Assembly: GCA_027339965.1 (NCBI GenBank) | Contig: DAHWNL010000078.1 | Location: 136,789-200,788 of the forward strand | Source: Granulicella sp. | GTDB taxonomy: Bacteria > Acidobacteriota > Terriglobia > Terriglobales > Acidobacteriaceae | DNA: 64,000 nucleotides | Direction: 5' to 3' | Part shown: piece after piece, positions 55,297 to 64,000 of the stretch | Numbering within the stretch: the stretch's first letter is position 1 | Layout of the letters: every line of letters begins with the position of its first letter | The notes under the pieces: model-generated | Told to the model about the DNA's origin: nothing | Database searches by the model: none | What the model saw: only the letters and a program-made list of their open reading frames with translations | Position numbers and translations under genes: made by a program

Positions 55297-55998
55297 CTAA
55301 GCGCGGAGCTTTCTGCGAGCAATCCCAGCGACACCGAGTAGCCCGGTGCCCAGCAGGAGGAGGCTGTCCGGCTCCGGTACGGGCGAGAGGCCGGTGACCA
55401 CCAGATCGGAGGGGGCGCCGTTCGATTCAACGTAAATCAGGTCGAACGGGGTGTTCGTGCCGGTCGGCAGGGTACCGGGGGTTGGTATTGCGGAGGTGGG
55501 ATTAGGACTGGAGAGCACGGTGTTGGAATAGCCCATGCCTGTGTAGAGGCTGGCGCCATCGTCGTGCACGACGCTCACAGATCCGCCACCTGTGTAAGAG
55601 CCGGTGATGGACATGTAGGTATTGATGCCCTTGCTCTCACCCGGTGTGCTCATCACCGTACCCAGGAAACTGGACAAGGTGTCTGAGGAGGAGAAGTTGG
55701 AGATGTCGCTGGTGTAGTTTGTGCTGCCTTGGCTGTTGAAGAACTGTAGGAACGTATTCGTGCTACCGAAAACGTTGTTCGCAAAGTCCAGTGGCCCGGT
55801 GTAGGTGAAGGTTGCCAGTGGGGTTCCTGTGGGCATTGAGGCCAGATCTGCGGTGTAGCTGGTGTCTGTAGTGCCGAAGCCGTTCCAGACAGTCACTGTG
55901 AGAGGGCTGTAGATGGCGTCAGCGCGGGCGGCTGGCGCTGCCGTAATGATGCCGGCTGCCACAGCTAGGATGGCGAGGGAGGAAAGATGCTTGACCAT
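55297..55998 (-). CDS. PEP-CTERM sorting-domain exported protein (PA14-like core)
   Basis: Signal peptide ..ARAD; VVHDDGASLY; C-terminal VPEPDSLLLLGTGLLGVAGIARRKLRA. Confidence 0.9.
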   Translation of the reverse strand: MVKHLSSLAILAVAAGIITAAPAARADAIYSPLTVTVWNGFGTTDTSYTADLASMPTGTPLATFTYTGPLDFANNVFGSTNTFLQFFNSQGSTNYTSDISNFSSSDTLSSFLGTVMSTPGESKGINTYMSITGSYTGGGSVSVVHDDGASLYTGMGYSNTVLSSPNPTSAIPTPGTLPTGTNTPFDLIYVESNGAPSDLVVTGLSPVPEPDSLLLLGTGLLGVAGIARRKLRA

Positions 55999-56169
55999 TT
56001 GATGGCTCCTTAATCGAGTGGTGCAGGTGTTGGACAAATGCTTGGGTGACGGCTACTTGCAGGTGCAATTAAATTGCCAAATGTCTCCCTGCCTTTCCCT
56101 TGGGAAAGAGGAGCTCCGATTTGGGTGGAGAGGGAGATGTGCAAGGAATTGCGCAGGCAACTGGGAAGG

Positions 56170-56374
56170 TAGCTTCCAATGAGAGGAGTTGGAGAGCGCA
56201 GTGAGGTCTGCCGCTGAATAGGAGGACGCGCGCCGGGAGGGTTGGCGCGGCATCCAGCAGCCCTTTCCGCCATCGTTCGGCGGCCCAAGGCTGCGGTCGA
56301 TCCTCTTGCGGAAACCGGAGATGATTCTCTGCATCTTCCAAAGCCGTTTCGGTAATTTCAACGCTGGAGTCCAG
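56170..56374 (-). pseudogene. RelE/ParE-type toxin remnant
   Basis: (L)DSSVEITETALEDAENHLRF...AAERWRKGLLDAA.TL; no valid start codon, degrades downstream; overlaps the antitoxin stop. Confidence 0.55.
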
Positions 56375-56660
56375 GTTTTTTTCAAGATCCTTCAACGCCT
56401 TCCGCGGCGGCCGCACCTTGCCGCCTTCCATGTCTTGCAGGCCGGTCTGAAGTGCGGCAACGGCCTCCAGCCTCTCAAGGCGGTCCAGCATATTCTCTGA
56501 TAGCTGGCCGCATCCTGGGCCACGAGTTCTGCTCGACCGTTCCCAGTGAGGACGAGCGGGGTTTTGGAGCCTTTGAGTTTGCCAACCTACTCCTTTGAAT
56601 TTCGCTGGAACTCGGTGACGGAACGGATTTCAGGTAGGTCAATCCTGGGAGCCTCGACAT
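56358..56660 (-). pseudogene. Phd/YefM antitoxin pseudogene
   Basis: IDLPEIRSVTEFQRNSKE*VGKLKGSKTPLVLTGNGRAELVAQDAASYQR, frameshift, MLDRLERLEAVAALQTGLQDMEGGKVRP; TAG at 56587-56589. Confidence 0.7.
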
Positions 56661-56827
56661 GGAAAAAGCATGCCAGAGGCATTGAATCCGATGCTTTGGG
56701 TAGGAACGGCGAGCGAACGAGAAGAGGGTCTGGGTCGGTGTTGCGGATTCCGGCGGCGGTCTTCTTGTCCGCATCTGCGGGCCGAGCGTGCCTGGCGCGG
56801 GTTTTATCAGCGGTGGAGTGGCCGCGT

Positions 56828-56912
56828 GCGCGCGGGGAGCGACCTTGGTCTGGATGCCGCATGCCTTGGCTGCTCTCGGTTTCAATCCACGCGCCCCGCG
56901 TGGGGCCCCGGC
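56828..56912 (-). CRISPR. Distal degenerate type I-C repeat-spacer-repeat unit
   Basis: Repeat 3' remnant ...GCGCGGGGAGCGAC (ends 56843), 35-nt spacer (56844-56878), then GTTTCAATCCACGCGCCCCGCGTGGGGC from 56879. Confidence 0.65.
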
Positions 56913-56946
56913 GCAATTGTGTACTACTGTGGCATCATTGCAAGGT

Positions 56947-58137
56947 ACGATTCTTAGACTTGCGCAACCAAAGCTGCGAAAGCTCCTACAGCAGTTTCCC
57001 GCCGTAACCTTGCCTGGCCCTCGGCAAGTGGGCAAGACTACGCTCGCGCACCCTCTGGCGGAAGAACCTGGCACGCAGGCGCTCTACCTCGACCTGGAGT
57101 TGCCATCCGACCGGGCGAAGTTGACCGAGCCGGAACTCTTCCTGGCGCAGCACGAAGACAGGTTGGTCATCTTCGACGAAATTCATCGACTGCCCGGCAT
57201 TTTCGCAACTCTGCGAAGCCTGATCGACCAGCGGCGGCGCAAAGGCAAACGCAAAGGCCAGTTTCTCCTGCTTGGCTGCGCGTCCATTGACCTCTTGCAG
57301 CGGTCCGCAGAGACTCTCGCCGGGCGCATTGCTTACGAAGAACTGACTCCGTTTTCCGTGGCGGAAGTTGCTGCCTCCGGAGTGCGCACGACTGACCAGC
57401 TATGGAATCGCGGCGGCATCCCGGACAGCTTTCTTGCCGACAGCGACGAGGATAGCTTCGCGTAGCGCTCTGCCTTTATCCGGACCTACCTGGAACGTGA
57501 TGTTCCTGCACTCGGCCCGCGCATTCCGGCTGAGACGCTACGGCGCTACTGGCAGATGCTGGCGCACAATCAGGGGCAGATGCTGAACGCGGCGCAGCTC
57601 GCCAGTGGACTCGGAGTGAGCGGGCATACCGTCGCGCGCTACCTCAACATCATGGTGGACTTGCTGCTCGTCCGCCGCTTGCAGCCCTGGGCGGTGAATG
57701 CAAAGAAGCGCCTGGTGCGCACACCGAAGGTCTATGTCCGCGATGGCGGCCTACTGCACGCGCTACTCGGCATCCGCAACCTGGAAGAGTTGCTGGGGCA
57801 TCCGGTGGTCGACCTGAGCTGGGAGGGGATGCTGATCGAGAACATCCTGGGCGCACTGCCGGCCACTGCGCGCACCTCGTTCTACCGTACCTCCGCCGGA
57901 GCAGAGATCGATCTGGTGATTGAATTCAGCGCGAAGGAGCGTTGGGCCATCGAGATCAAGCGCTCGCTCGGCAGCCCCGCGCCCAGCAAAGGCTTTTACA
58001 ATGGCTGCGAAGACATCAAGGCCACGCGACAGATCGTGCTCTATCCCGGTGAGGAACGCTTCAAGCTGGATAAAAAGACGGAGGTGACGCCGCTAGAGAC
58101 ATTCATGTCAGACTTATTGCCGGAGCCAATCGTATGA
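56947..58137 (+). pseudogene. AAA_14 + DUF4143 ATP-binding protein pseudogene
   Basis: GPRQVGKTTLA Walker A, VIFDEIH Walker B, RTPKVYVRDGGLLHALL, FYRTSAGAEIDLVIE..WAIEIK; ACG at the expected start (56947) and an in-frame TAG at 57463-57465, after which the same frame continues. Confidence 0.85.
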
Positions 58138-58168
58138 GTCTAACCGCTCCCTGAAAGGGGAACCGTGA

Positions 58169-58362
58169 GTTTCAATCCGCGCGCCCCGCGTGGGGCGCGA
58201 CAAGATCTTTGCGCAGATCGACCCTCACCTTGGGGTTTCAATCCACGCCTCCCAGCGCGGCGACGTGGCCGCCACAGCCAGGTTTCGATCCACGCCTCTC
58301 TGTTGCCGGCATCGCGGAATGTGAGATGGTTTCAATCCACGCCTCCCAGCGCGGGAGGCGAC
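58169..58362 (-). CRISPR. Degenerate type I-C CRISPR array (4 repeats or remnants, 3 spacers)
   Basis: Repeats at 58169-58201 (GTTTCAATCCGCGCGCCCCGCGTGGGGCGCGAC), 58235-58264, 58282-58298 (truncated) and 58329-58362 (GTTTCAATCCACGCCTCCCAGCGCGGGAGGCGAC); spacers 33, 17 and 30 nt; reverse complement ends ATTGAAAC. Confidence 0.85.
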
Positions 58363-58565
58363 GGCGCATGGCGTAAACATCTCCCTGCGCTACAGATAGC
58401 TTGCCACAAATGCGAGACTAACTCCATTTGCCGGCCTTCCGTTGCCTGTCCGAAGACGCTCAAGGGCCTCTTCCTGTTATATCGGCACTTAGCTGGTCTG
58501 CGGATCTCCTGGGGAATCCGTGCTCGCTGAGGGTCCGCGCAGAGCAGGCCCTGGGGCTGTCGCGA
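58363..58565 (-). promoter_or_regulatory. CRISPR leader region
   Basis: Non-coding segment between cas2 and the most intact repeat. Confidence 0.5.
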
Positions 58566-58583
58566 CTAGAGGATCAGTGGTGC

Positions 58584-58856
58584 TTAAGGGTCGTAGGAGA
58601 GCTTTGCGCCGACGTGTTCCACCCGTCTTCTCCATTCGTTTCCGAGAAAGTAGAACCGGAGGCTGTCCTGGGATGGGTCGGCCTCGGAGACCAGGCTCGC
58701 GCGAAGCATGACCCATTGCGCGGAGTCCACGACGCACTCGAATACGGAGTTCTGCACGCGCTGCCCGTGATTTTCGCACAGCCGTGCGACGCGGCGCAGT
58801 CTGCGTTTTCCTGCATCGTCGCGGGTGCTTACGTCGTAGCTTACAAGAACCAGCAT
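58584..58856 (-). CDS. cas2: CRISPR-associated Cas2 (type I-C), probably truncated by a late nonsense codon
   Basis: MLVLVSYDV...RRLRRVARLCENHGQRVQNSVFEC...DSLRFYFLG; reads SYDP*APLIL*, with the likely original stop at 58566-58568. Confidence 0.92.
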   Translation of the reverse strand: MLVLVSYDVSTRDDAGKRRLRRVARLCENHGQRVQNSVFECVVDSAQWVMLRASLVSEADPSQDSLRFYFLGNEWRRRVEHVGAKLSYDP

Positions 58857-58863
58857 GCTGGCT

Positions 58864-59895
58864 TTACCTCCAGAAGAAGGCGGGGTACGCGTCGAGGCCG
58901 CCACGTACGTGACGCGCGAGGAGCAACGCCTGCACGTACGGCACGAGGCCGAGCGGGACTCGCTCCTTGAGATAAGGGTGCTCGACCTCATCCTGCTTGC
59001 GAAGTTGCCAGGCGGAGACGACTTGTTTGCGGGTGGTGTCGTCCATCTGAATGCCTGCGCCGTCCTGGTCCGTGAAGCCCGATTTCTGCACCTGACGCCG
59101 GTTGATGAGCGTCAGCACCAGGCGGTCGGCCAGCACGGCGCGGAGTTCTTCCATCAGGTCGAGGGCGAGGCTTGGACGCCCTGGGCGGTCCGTGTGGAGG
59201 AAGCCGACCGCTGGGTCGAGGCCGACGCTTTCCAGCGCCGACTCGATGTCGTGACGCAAGAGCGCATAGACGAATGACAGGAGTGCGTTGACGCGATCCA
59301 ACGGAGGCCGGCGGGAGCGGCCGGCAAAATGAAATGCTTCTCGGTCGCTGCCGATCATTTGGTCAAAGACGGAGAAGTAGGTTTGTCCTGCCAAGCCTTC
59401 GTGTCCACGCGCTTCGTCGATGGATGGCGCTCTGGCTGCCTCCATGCCTTCCCAGGAGAGGCGATTGGCTGCGTCTCGCAGATCCTTTTCGCGTGTCTCG
59501 TCGGCGATTTCGCGGGCTGCGCGCAGCAAGACGACGCGGCTGTTCGCGATCTTGGCCGCCAGGATGGTCTGCACGATTGGTAGGGCGCTACTGCCGTTGT
59601 CGGCGATGCGGTATTGCTGTCGCCGCAGCAGGACGTCGCCGGAGACGGGCCCGTTCACGCGAGCGATGAACCTTCCCTGCTCGGAGAGAAAGGAGATCCC
59701 CACGCCCCGCTCACAGCACAGCCCCAATACCGGTGGGCTGCAAGACACCCGGCCCCAGCAGACGAGCCCTTCAAGCGTGTGGATGGGAACACGTAGCTTC
59801 AACTCGTCGCCCAGCTTGATCGCGACCGTCTCGCCGTCGCGATGCAAGTACGCGCCTTGGGTCATGACATGCAGGGTGTTGAGAAGTTTACGCAT
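58864..59895 (-). CDS. cas1: CRISPR-associated Cas1 (type I-C)
   Basis: MRKLLNTLHVMTQGAYL, RGHEG, RRPPLDRVNALLSFVY, GFLHTDRPGRPSLALDLMEELR; 343 aa, intact. Confidence 0.96.
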   Translation of the reverse strand: MRKLLNTLHVMTQGAYLHRDGETVAIKLGDELKLRVPIHTLEGLVCWGRVSCSPPVLGLCCERGVGISFLSEQGRFIARVNGPVSGDVLLRRQQYRIADNGSSALPIVQTILAAKIANSRVVLLRAAREIADETREKDLRDAANRLSWEGMEAARAPSIDEARGHEGLAGQTYFSVFDQMIGSDREAFHFAGRSRRPPLDRVNALLSFVYALLRHDIESALESVGLDPAVGFLHTDRPGRPSLALDLMEELRAVLADRLVLTLINRRQVQKSGFTDQDGAGIQMDDTTRKQVVSAWQLRKQDEVEHPYLKERVPLGLVPYVQALLLARHVRGGLDAYPAFFWR

Positions 59896-59903
59896 GGGGT
59901 GGA

Positions 59904-59966
59904 CTACGGCTCCTGCTGGAGGGAGCGGAGTTGCAGAGCCAGCCAGCGCGCGACGTCGGCGTGAGA
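59904..59966 (-). pseudogene. Probable 3' stub of cas4
   Basis: SHADVARWLALQLRSLQQEP* ends 8 bp before the cas1 ATG, where cas4 lies in I-C operons; the upstream sequence switches to GH3 coding on the opposite strand. Confidence 0.45.
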
Positions 59967-61903
59967 GATGCAGAAGTATTTGCCGTCATGAGTTCACATA
60001 ACGCCTTGAACGGGGTTCCTACGAGCGCCAGCCGCTTCTTGCTGACGGATGTTCTGCGAGGGCGATGGAGATTTCAGGGATATGTCGTGTCGGATTGTGA
60101 TTCGGTTGCAGACATCTGCCGCGGACATCATTTTGTTCCTGACTACGTGGAGGCATCGGCGGTTGCTGTGAATGCCGGTTGCGACGTCAATTGCGGACCG
60201 ACATTGCAGAAGTACTTAGAACAAGCCGTCGGAGAGATGCTGGTGAGTGAGTCTACCCTGGACGACTCGCTGATACGTTCCGTCACGGCGCGAGTGCTGC
60301 TTGGAGAATTAGATCCTCCCGGCCAGAGCCCTTACAGCGGCATTTCGGAGGACTTCTTGAGCAACCATGCCCACCCGGAACTTGCTCGCGAAGCCGCCAG
60401 GCAGTCTATCGTCCTCTTCAACAATGACAACCGAACTCTGCCGCTGGATAAGATGAAGCTGAAGAAGGTGGCTGTTATCGGGCCGATGGCTTATGCCTGT
60501 CACCTGGGCAATTACAGCGGGTCGCCCTGGTTTCGCATCTCGCCACTCCAGGGGATTCGGAACGTATTCGGGGTGACAGCTCCTGCGACTTATGAGAAGG
60601 TTGGGTCAGCATTTGTGCAACTGGGCGAAGGTCCCCAGGGGATCCCATGGCCTCAGTGGTTCGATAAACCCCAACAGGGCTGGTGCTCCGAAGGCGGTGA
60701 ATGCCTGGAAAATAATGGCCATGGCTCATGGGAATCCTATGAAAAGGTGTACAGCACAGGTGCAACGGAGATTGAGGCACGTATTGCGAGTGATTCTGAC
60801 GATGGACACATCGAAGTGCATCTCGACAGCCTTGATGGACCGCTTGTGGCGACGATTCCTGTTCCGAATACCGGGGGAATGCAGAAGTGGATTGACGCAA
60901 GAGCCCCATTCGAGCGCGTTGAGGGCGAACACGAAATGTATCTGCGATTCGTGACTGAGTCGAAGGCCACGATCAGCCTGGAGTGGTTTCGTCTGAGTCC
61001 GAAGGGTCCGGTTCCGGATGGATCGAGTGGACCTACGGAAGTTACTTATGCTCTGGGCTGTTCGGTAGATGCTGCTGAGGATGGGCGGCATTTGCGGAGG
61101 CTGTAAAGACGGCCAAGGAAGCTGACGTGGCTCTGGTGTTTGTGGGTGCCAGTCAGTATACGGATGGCGAAGGTCGCGATCGCCGTCATATTCATCTACC
61201 AGGCTCGAAGCATGAGCTTGTAAAAGCCGTCTACGCTGCCAATCCGCGCACCATTCTTATCATCTCCTCCAATTGCCCCGTGGCCGTGAATTGGGAGCAA
61301 GAGCACCTGCCGGCAATTGTGGGTGGAATCCTACTGGGAGAGCAGCAGGGGAACGCGCTTACTGATGTATTGTTTGGTGATTACAATCCGGGCGGTAAAA
61401 CGAGCGTTACGTGGTACCGGAGGATCGACGATCTACCAGACTTTCACGATTACAACATCCGGGAGGGACGCACCTATATGTACTTCCTGGGCGATCCACT
61501 TTATCCATTTGGTTACGGTCTGAGTTATACAGAGTTCGACTATAGCAATCTCCGAATCAGCAGTACCATCTTAAGGCCTGGAAAGACAATCGCAATATTG
61601 GTTGATGTAACCAATCGAGGAAGCCGTGAGGGAGATGAAGTGGTACAGGTCTACGTTCACGTCAATGGCGGCACCGTTATCAGGCCGATCCAGCAGTTAG
61701 TGGCATTCGATCGGATCCATTTAAAACCGAGAGAAACGCGCACGCTAACTTTCGCTTTGGCGCATGACCATCAGGCCCTAAGATACTGGAGCGAAGACAA
61801 ATATGCATTTGTGGTTGACCCAGGCACGCTGGATGTGATGGTGGGTGCATCATCGAGGGATATCAGGCTTAGAGGAACTGTGCGAGTCGAGGCGATTGGA
61901 TGA
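59961..61903 (+). pseudogene. GH3 beta-glucosidase/xylosidase with a CBM6-like insert; 5'-truncated and frameshifted
   Basis: VMSSHNALNGVP, GYVVSDC (nucleophile), ARQSIVLFNN, IEVHLDSLDG..NTGGMQKW (CBM6-like), frameshift near 61085 into AFAEAVKTAKEADVALVFVG, EGRDR, YPFGYGLSYT, EVVQVYV. Confidence 0.85.
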
Positions 61904-62358
61904 GTGCGGAGAGTGCAAGATGTGCGTGGCGGGGGAGGACAGGTACAGAGACGCCGAGACGCGAGTGTCAATGAGCCATACTTGTTCGACTTTTTAAGTC
62001 TCCAACGATCTTTCTCTATCATGCCAGTTTGACCACGCGCTGTTCAGGCTAGCCTAGGCAAGATACCAAGAGACTCCAATACGGTGCCTGCGGTAGGAAT
62101 CGAAGGCGAGACAGCGGGCCATGCAGTAGGACAGGCTGGGGATGGGAGCAGTTGAGGCTCGTTTTGGTGGTGCCGCATTGTTTTGCCGACATTTGTGCGA
62201 GTGCAAAGCGAGGGACATCGTTGAGGCAATATTCACCAGTGATGCCAACGGTGGCACCTGGGAGGAACTAGACTGGATGGCGGATTCCATTCCCGGCAGC
62301 GATGGAGACGGCTGGGTCGATCCGGCAGTTTACGGCAAAGGAGGGTGGAGTGATGCCC

Positions 62359-63255
62359 ATGATCTCAAGACGGAACTTTCTGAAGGTTGGTACCGCGGCG
62401 GCGATGGCCGTGCCTTACCTGCCGGAGCTTTTGGCTGAGCCTCTGGGCAAACCTCCTGGGATTCAGCTCTATACCGTCGCAGATGCGCTGCGGGTGGACG
62501 TGCCCGGGACTATTCAGAAGCTGCGCAAGATCGGCTATCGCGTGGTGGAGTCCTTTCCATACCACGGCTTCAACGCGCAGACGCTTCGTTCGGCGCTGGA
62601 CGAAGTGGGTCTATCCTGTCCGAGCTGCCATCTTCCGCTGAGCCAGGCCGATCTCGATCCCTTGTTTGAGGAGGCCCATATTCTGGGCGCTCACTTTGCG
62701 GTAAGCTCTGTTCTGCAACCGCCAGGCAACGCCGGCTCAGGCGGCAGCCACGATTTAAGTACGCTTACTGCAGACGACTTCAAGCGCATGGCAGGCCTGA
62801 TGAACTCGGTGGCGGCAAAGACCAAAAGCGCGGACCTGCAATATGCGTACCACAATCACAACTTTGAATTTCGCCGGTTGAACGATGGCAGGATCGGCTA
62901 CGACATTCTGCTGAAAGAGACGGACCCGAACCTGGTGAAGTTCGAACTGGATTGCGGCTGGATGGCGGTGGCGGGGTATAGCCCGGCAGAATACTTTCAA
63001 AGGTATCCGAAGCGCTATCGGATGATGCACGTGAAGGACTTTGTAAAAGGCAGCCAGAAGAGCACGTCCTTGCAGGGACCCCTGCGGCCGGTCGGCACGG
63101 AGTTGGGGCGAGGAATGCCAGACTATCGGCCGATCTTTGCGGCAGTGGCGAGGACCGCTATCCAGTACTACTTTGTGGAGCAGGAGCCTCCCTTTGTGGG
63201 AATGACCTCACTGCAAGCGGCAGAAGTTGATTATGCGTACCTCAAGACGATTTAA
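62359..63255 (+). CDS. Tat-exported sugar phosphate isomerase/epimerase (xylose-isomerase-like TIM barrel)
   Basis: SRRNFL; GIQLYTV, YHNHNFEF, FELDCGW, HVKD, FVEQE. Confidence 0.88.
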   Translation: MISRRNFLKVGTAAAMAVPYLPELLAEPLGKPPGIQLYTVADALRVDVPGTIQKLRKIGYRVVESFPYHGFNAQTLRSALDEVGLSCPSCHLPLSQADLDPLFEEAHILGAHFAVSSVLQPPGNAGSGGSHDLSTLTADDFKRMAGLMNSVAAKTKSADLQYAYHNHNFEFRRLNDGRIGYDILLKETDPNLVKFELDCGWMAVAGYSPAEYFQRYPKRYRMMHVKDFVKGSQKSTSLQGPLRPVGTELGRGMPDYRPIFAAVARTAIQYYFVEQEPPFVGMTSLQAAEVDYAYLKTI

Positions 63256-63272
63256 GCCTGCGGAGGACTGAG

Positions 63273-64000
63273 ATGAATCGTCGGGAGTTCGGTCGAATGA
63301 TGGCTGGGACAGGCCTCGCCATGGCTGCAGGCAAAGGCGCTGCGCCTGTCTTTGCGGCTTGGCCGCCGAGCAGGTTTAAATTCTCGGTGATGTCGTGGAC
63401 GCTCGAAAAGCAGCGTCCGTTCGAACAATGCATCGAGATGGTTGCGCAGGCCGGCTACCAGGGCGTCGAGCTAGTCAACGAGTACGTTGAATGGAATATG
63501 GGAGATATCCGCAGGATACTCGCCAAGATGAGATCGCTGGGACTGCAGTTCGACGCGATGAGTGGAGGCCCCGTGACTCTTGCCGATCCCCATTCCACGC
63601 AAGCACTGCTGGATCAGCTTGAGAAGCATGTCAAGCTGGCCGAACAGCTCCATTGCCGCCAGATTATTCTGACCTCTGGCTCTCGCGTGCCGGGTCTGTC
63701 TCCGGAGGCGGAGCGCAAGGCGATGTTGGAGAATCTGAGTCGCGTGGCGGAGTTGGCCAGCAGGAAAGACGTGCAGGTGGTGATTGAACCGATCGATGTG
63801 CTGGAAGCTCCGAAGGCCTCTCTTAATTCGGTTACGGATGCATTTGAGATCGTGCGAAGCATCGGCAGCCAAAACCTGATGGTGCTTTACGACTTCTACC
63901 ATGAGCAGCGGGGCGCAGGGAATCTCTTGGAGAAGCTGGAGAAGAATATTGACTGGGTGGGATTGGTGCATGTGGCAGATGTGCCAGGCCGCCATCAGCC
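63273..64000 (+). CDS. Hydroxypyruvate-isomerase-like TIM barrel protein with a Tat signal; runs off the window end
   Basis: ATG 63273 after GGAGG; MNRREFG...; VIEPID, LYDFYHEQ..GNL, VHVADVPGRHQP. Absent from the ORF track because it has no stop in the window. Confidence 0.85.
   Translation, partial: MNRREFGRMMAGTGLAMAAGKGAAPVFAAWPPSRFKFSVMSWTLEKQRPFEQCIEMVAQAGYQGVELVNEYVEWNMGDIRRILAKMRSLGLQFDAMSGGPVTLADPHSTQALLDQLEKHVKLAEQLHCRQIILTSGSRVPGLSPEAERKAMLENLSRVAELASRKDVQVVIEPIDVLEAPKASLNSVTDAFEIVRSIGSQNLMVLYDFYHEQRGAGNLLEKLEKNIDWVGLVHVADVPGRHQ

Noticed and set aside
58584..58991. 135-aa extended Cas2
   Set aside because: The extension overlaps cas1 in another frame; the canonical start MLVLVSYDV is at 58856.
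62142..62350. Possible gene remnant upstream of the first TIM-barrel gene
   Set aside because: Only a vague resemblance to dehydrogenase small-subunit C-termini; it cannot be supported without a search.

Overview
GC-rich bacterial window, most likely Acidobacteriota (Acidobacteriaceae-like), inferred from the split atp operon, the Hfq sequence, and the PEP-CTERM and Ig/SBBP surface proteins. In order: (1) 1-13.4 kb, an uncharacterised periplasmic redox cluster (ASPIC/UnbV protein, beta-propeller fused to a MauG/CCP-type multi-heme domain, a second propeller, a Rid protein, an extended solute-binding protein, then a tetraheme cytochrome-NrfC-NrfD module behind a perfect CRP/FNR-type box), interrupted by an internally deleted IS66 and an orphan HipA-like kinase. 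(2) Glucan phosphorylase, two DUF4136-like paralogs, a GH27 and a 1953-aa SBBP/Ig surface protein with an unusual C-terminal lipobox insert. (3) A 2.68-kb IS1-family element with 29-bp terminal inverted repeats, a 5-bp target duplication and three passenger genes. (4) RND efflux pump with TetR, pckG, tRNA-Ser(CGA), atpF'FHAGDC, a structured 6S-like RNA candidate, hflX/hfq, a DegT aminotransferase and a PEP-CTERM protein. (5) A decaying type I-C CRISPR-Cas locus: cas1, nonsense-truncated cas2, a cas4 stub joined to a truncated GH3 gene, and a degenerate array that encloses an AAA/DUF4143 ATPase pseudogene, next to a dead Phd/ParE TA pair. Two TIM-barrel sugar isomerase genes end the window. All family calls come from motif recognition by eye; no searches were run.
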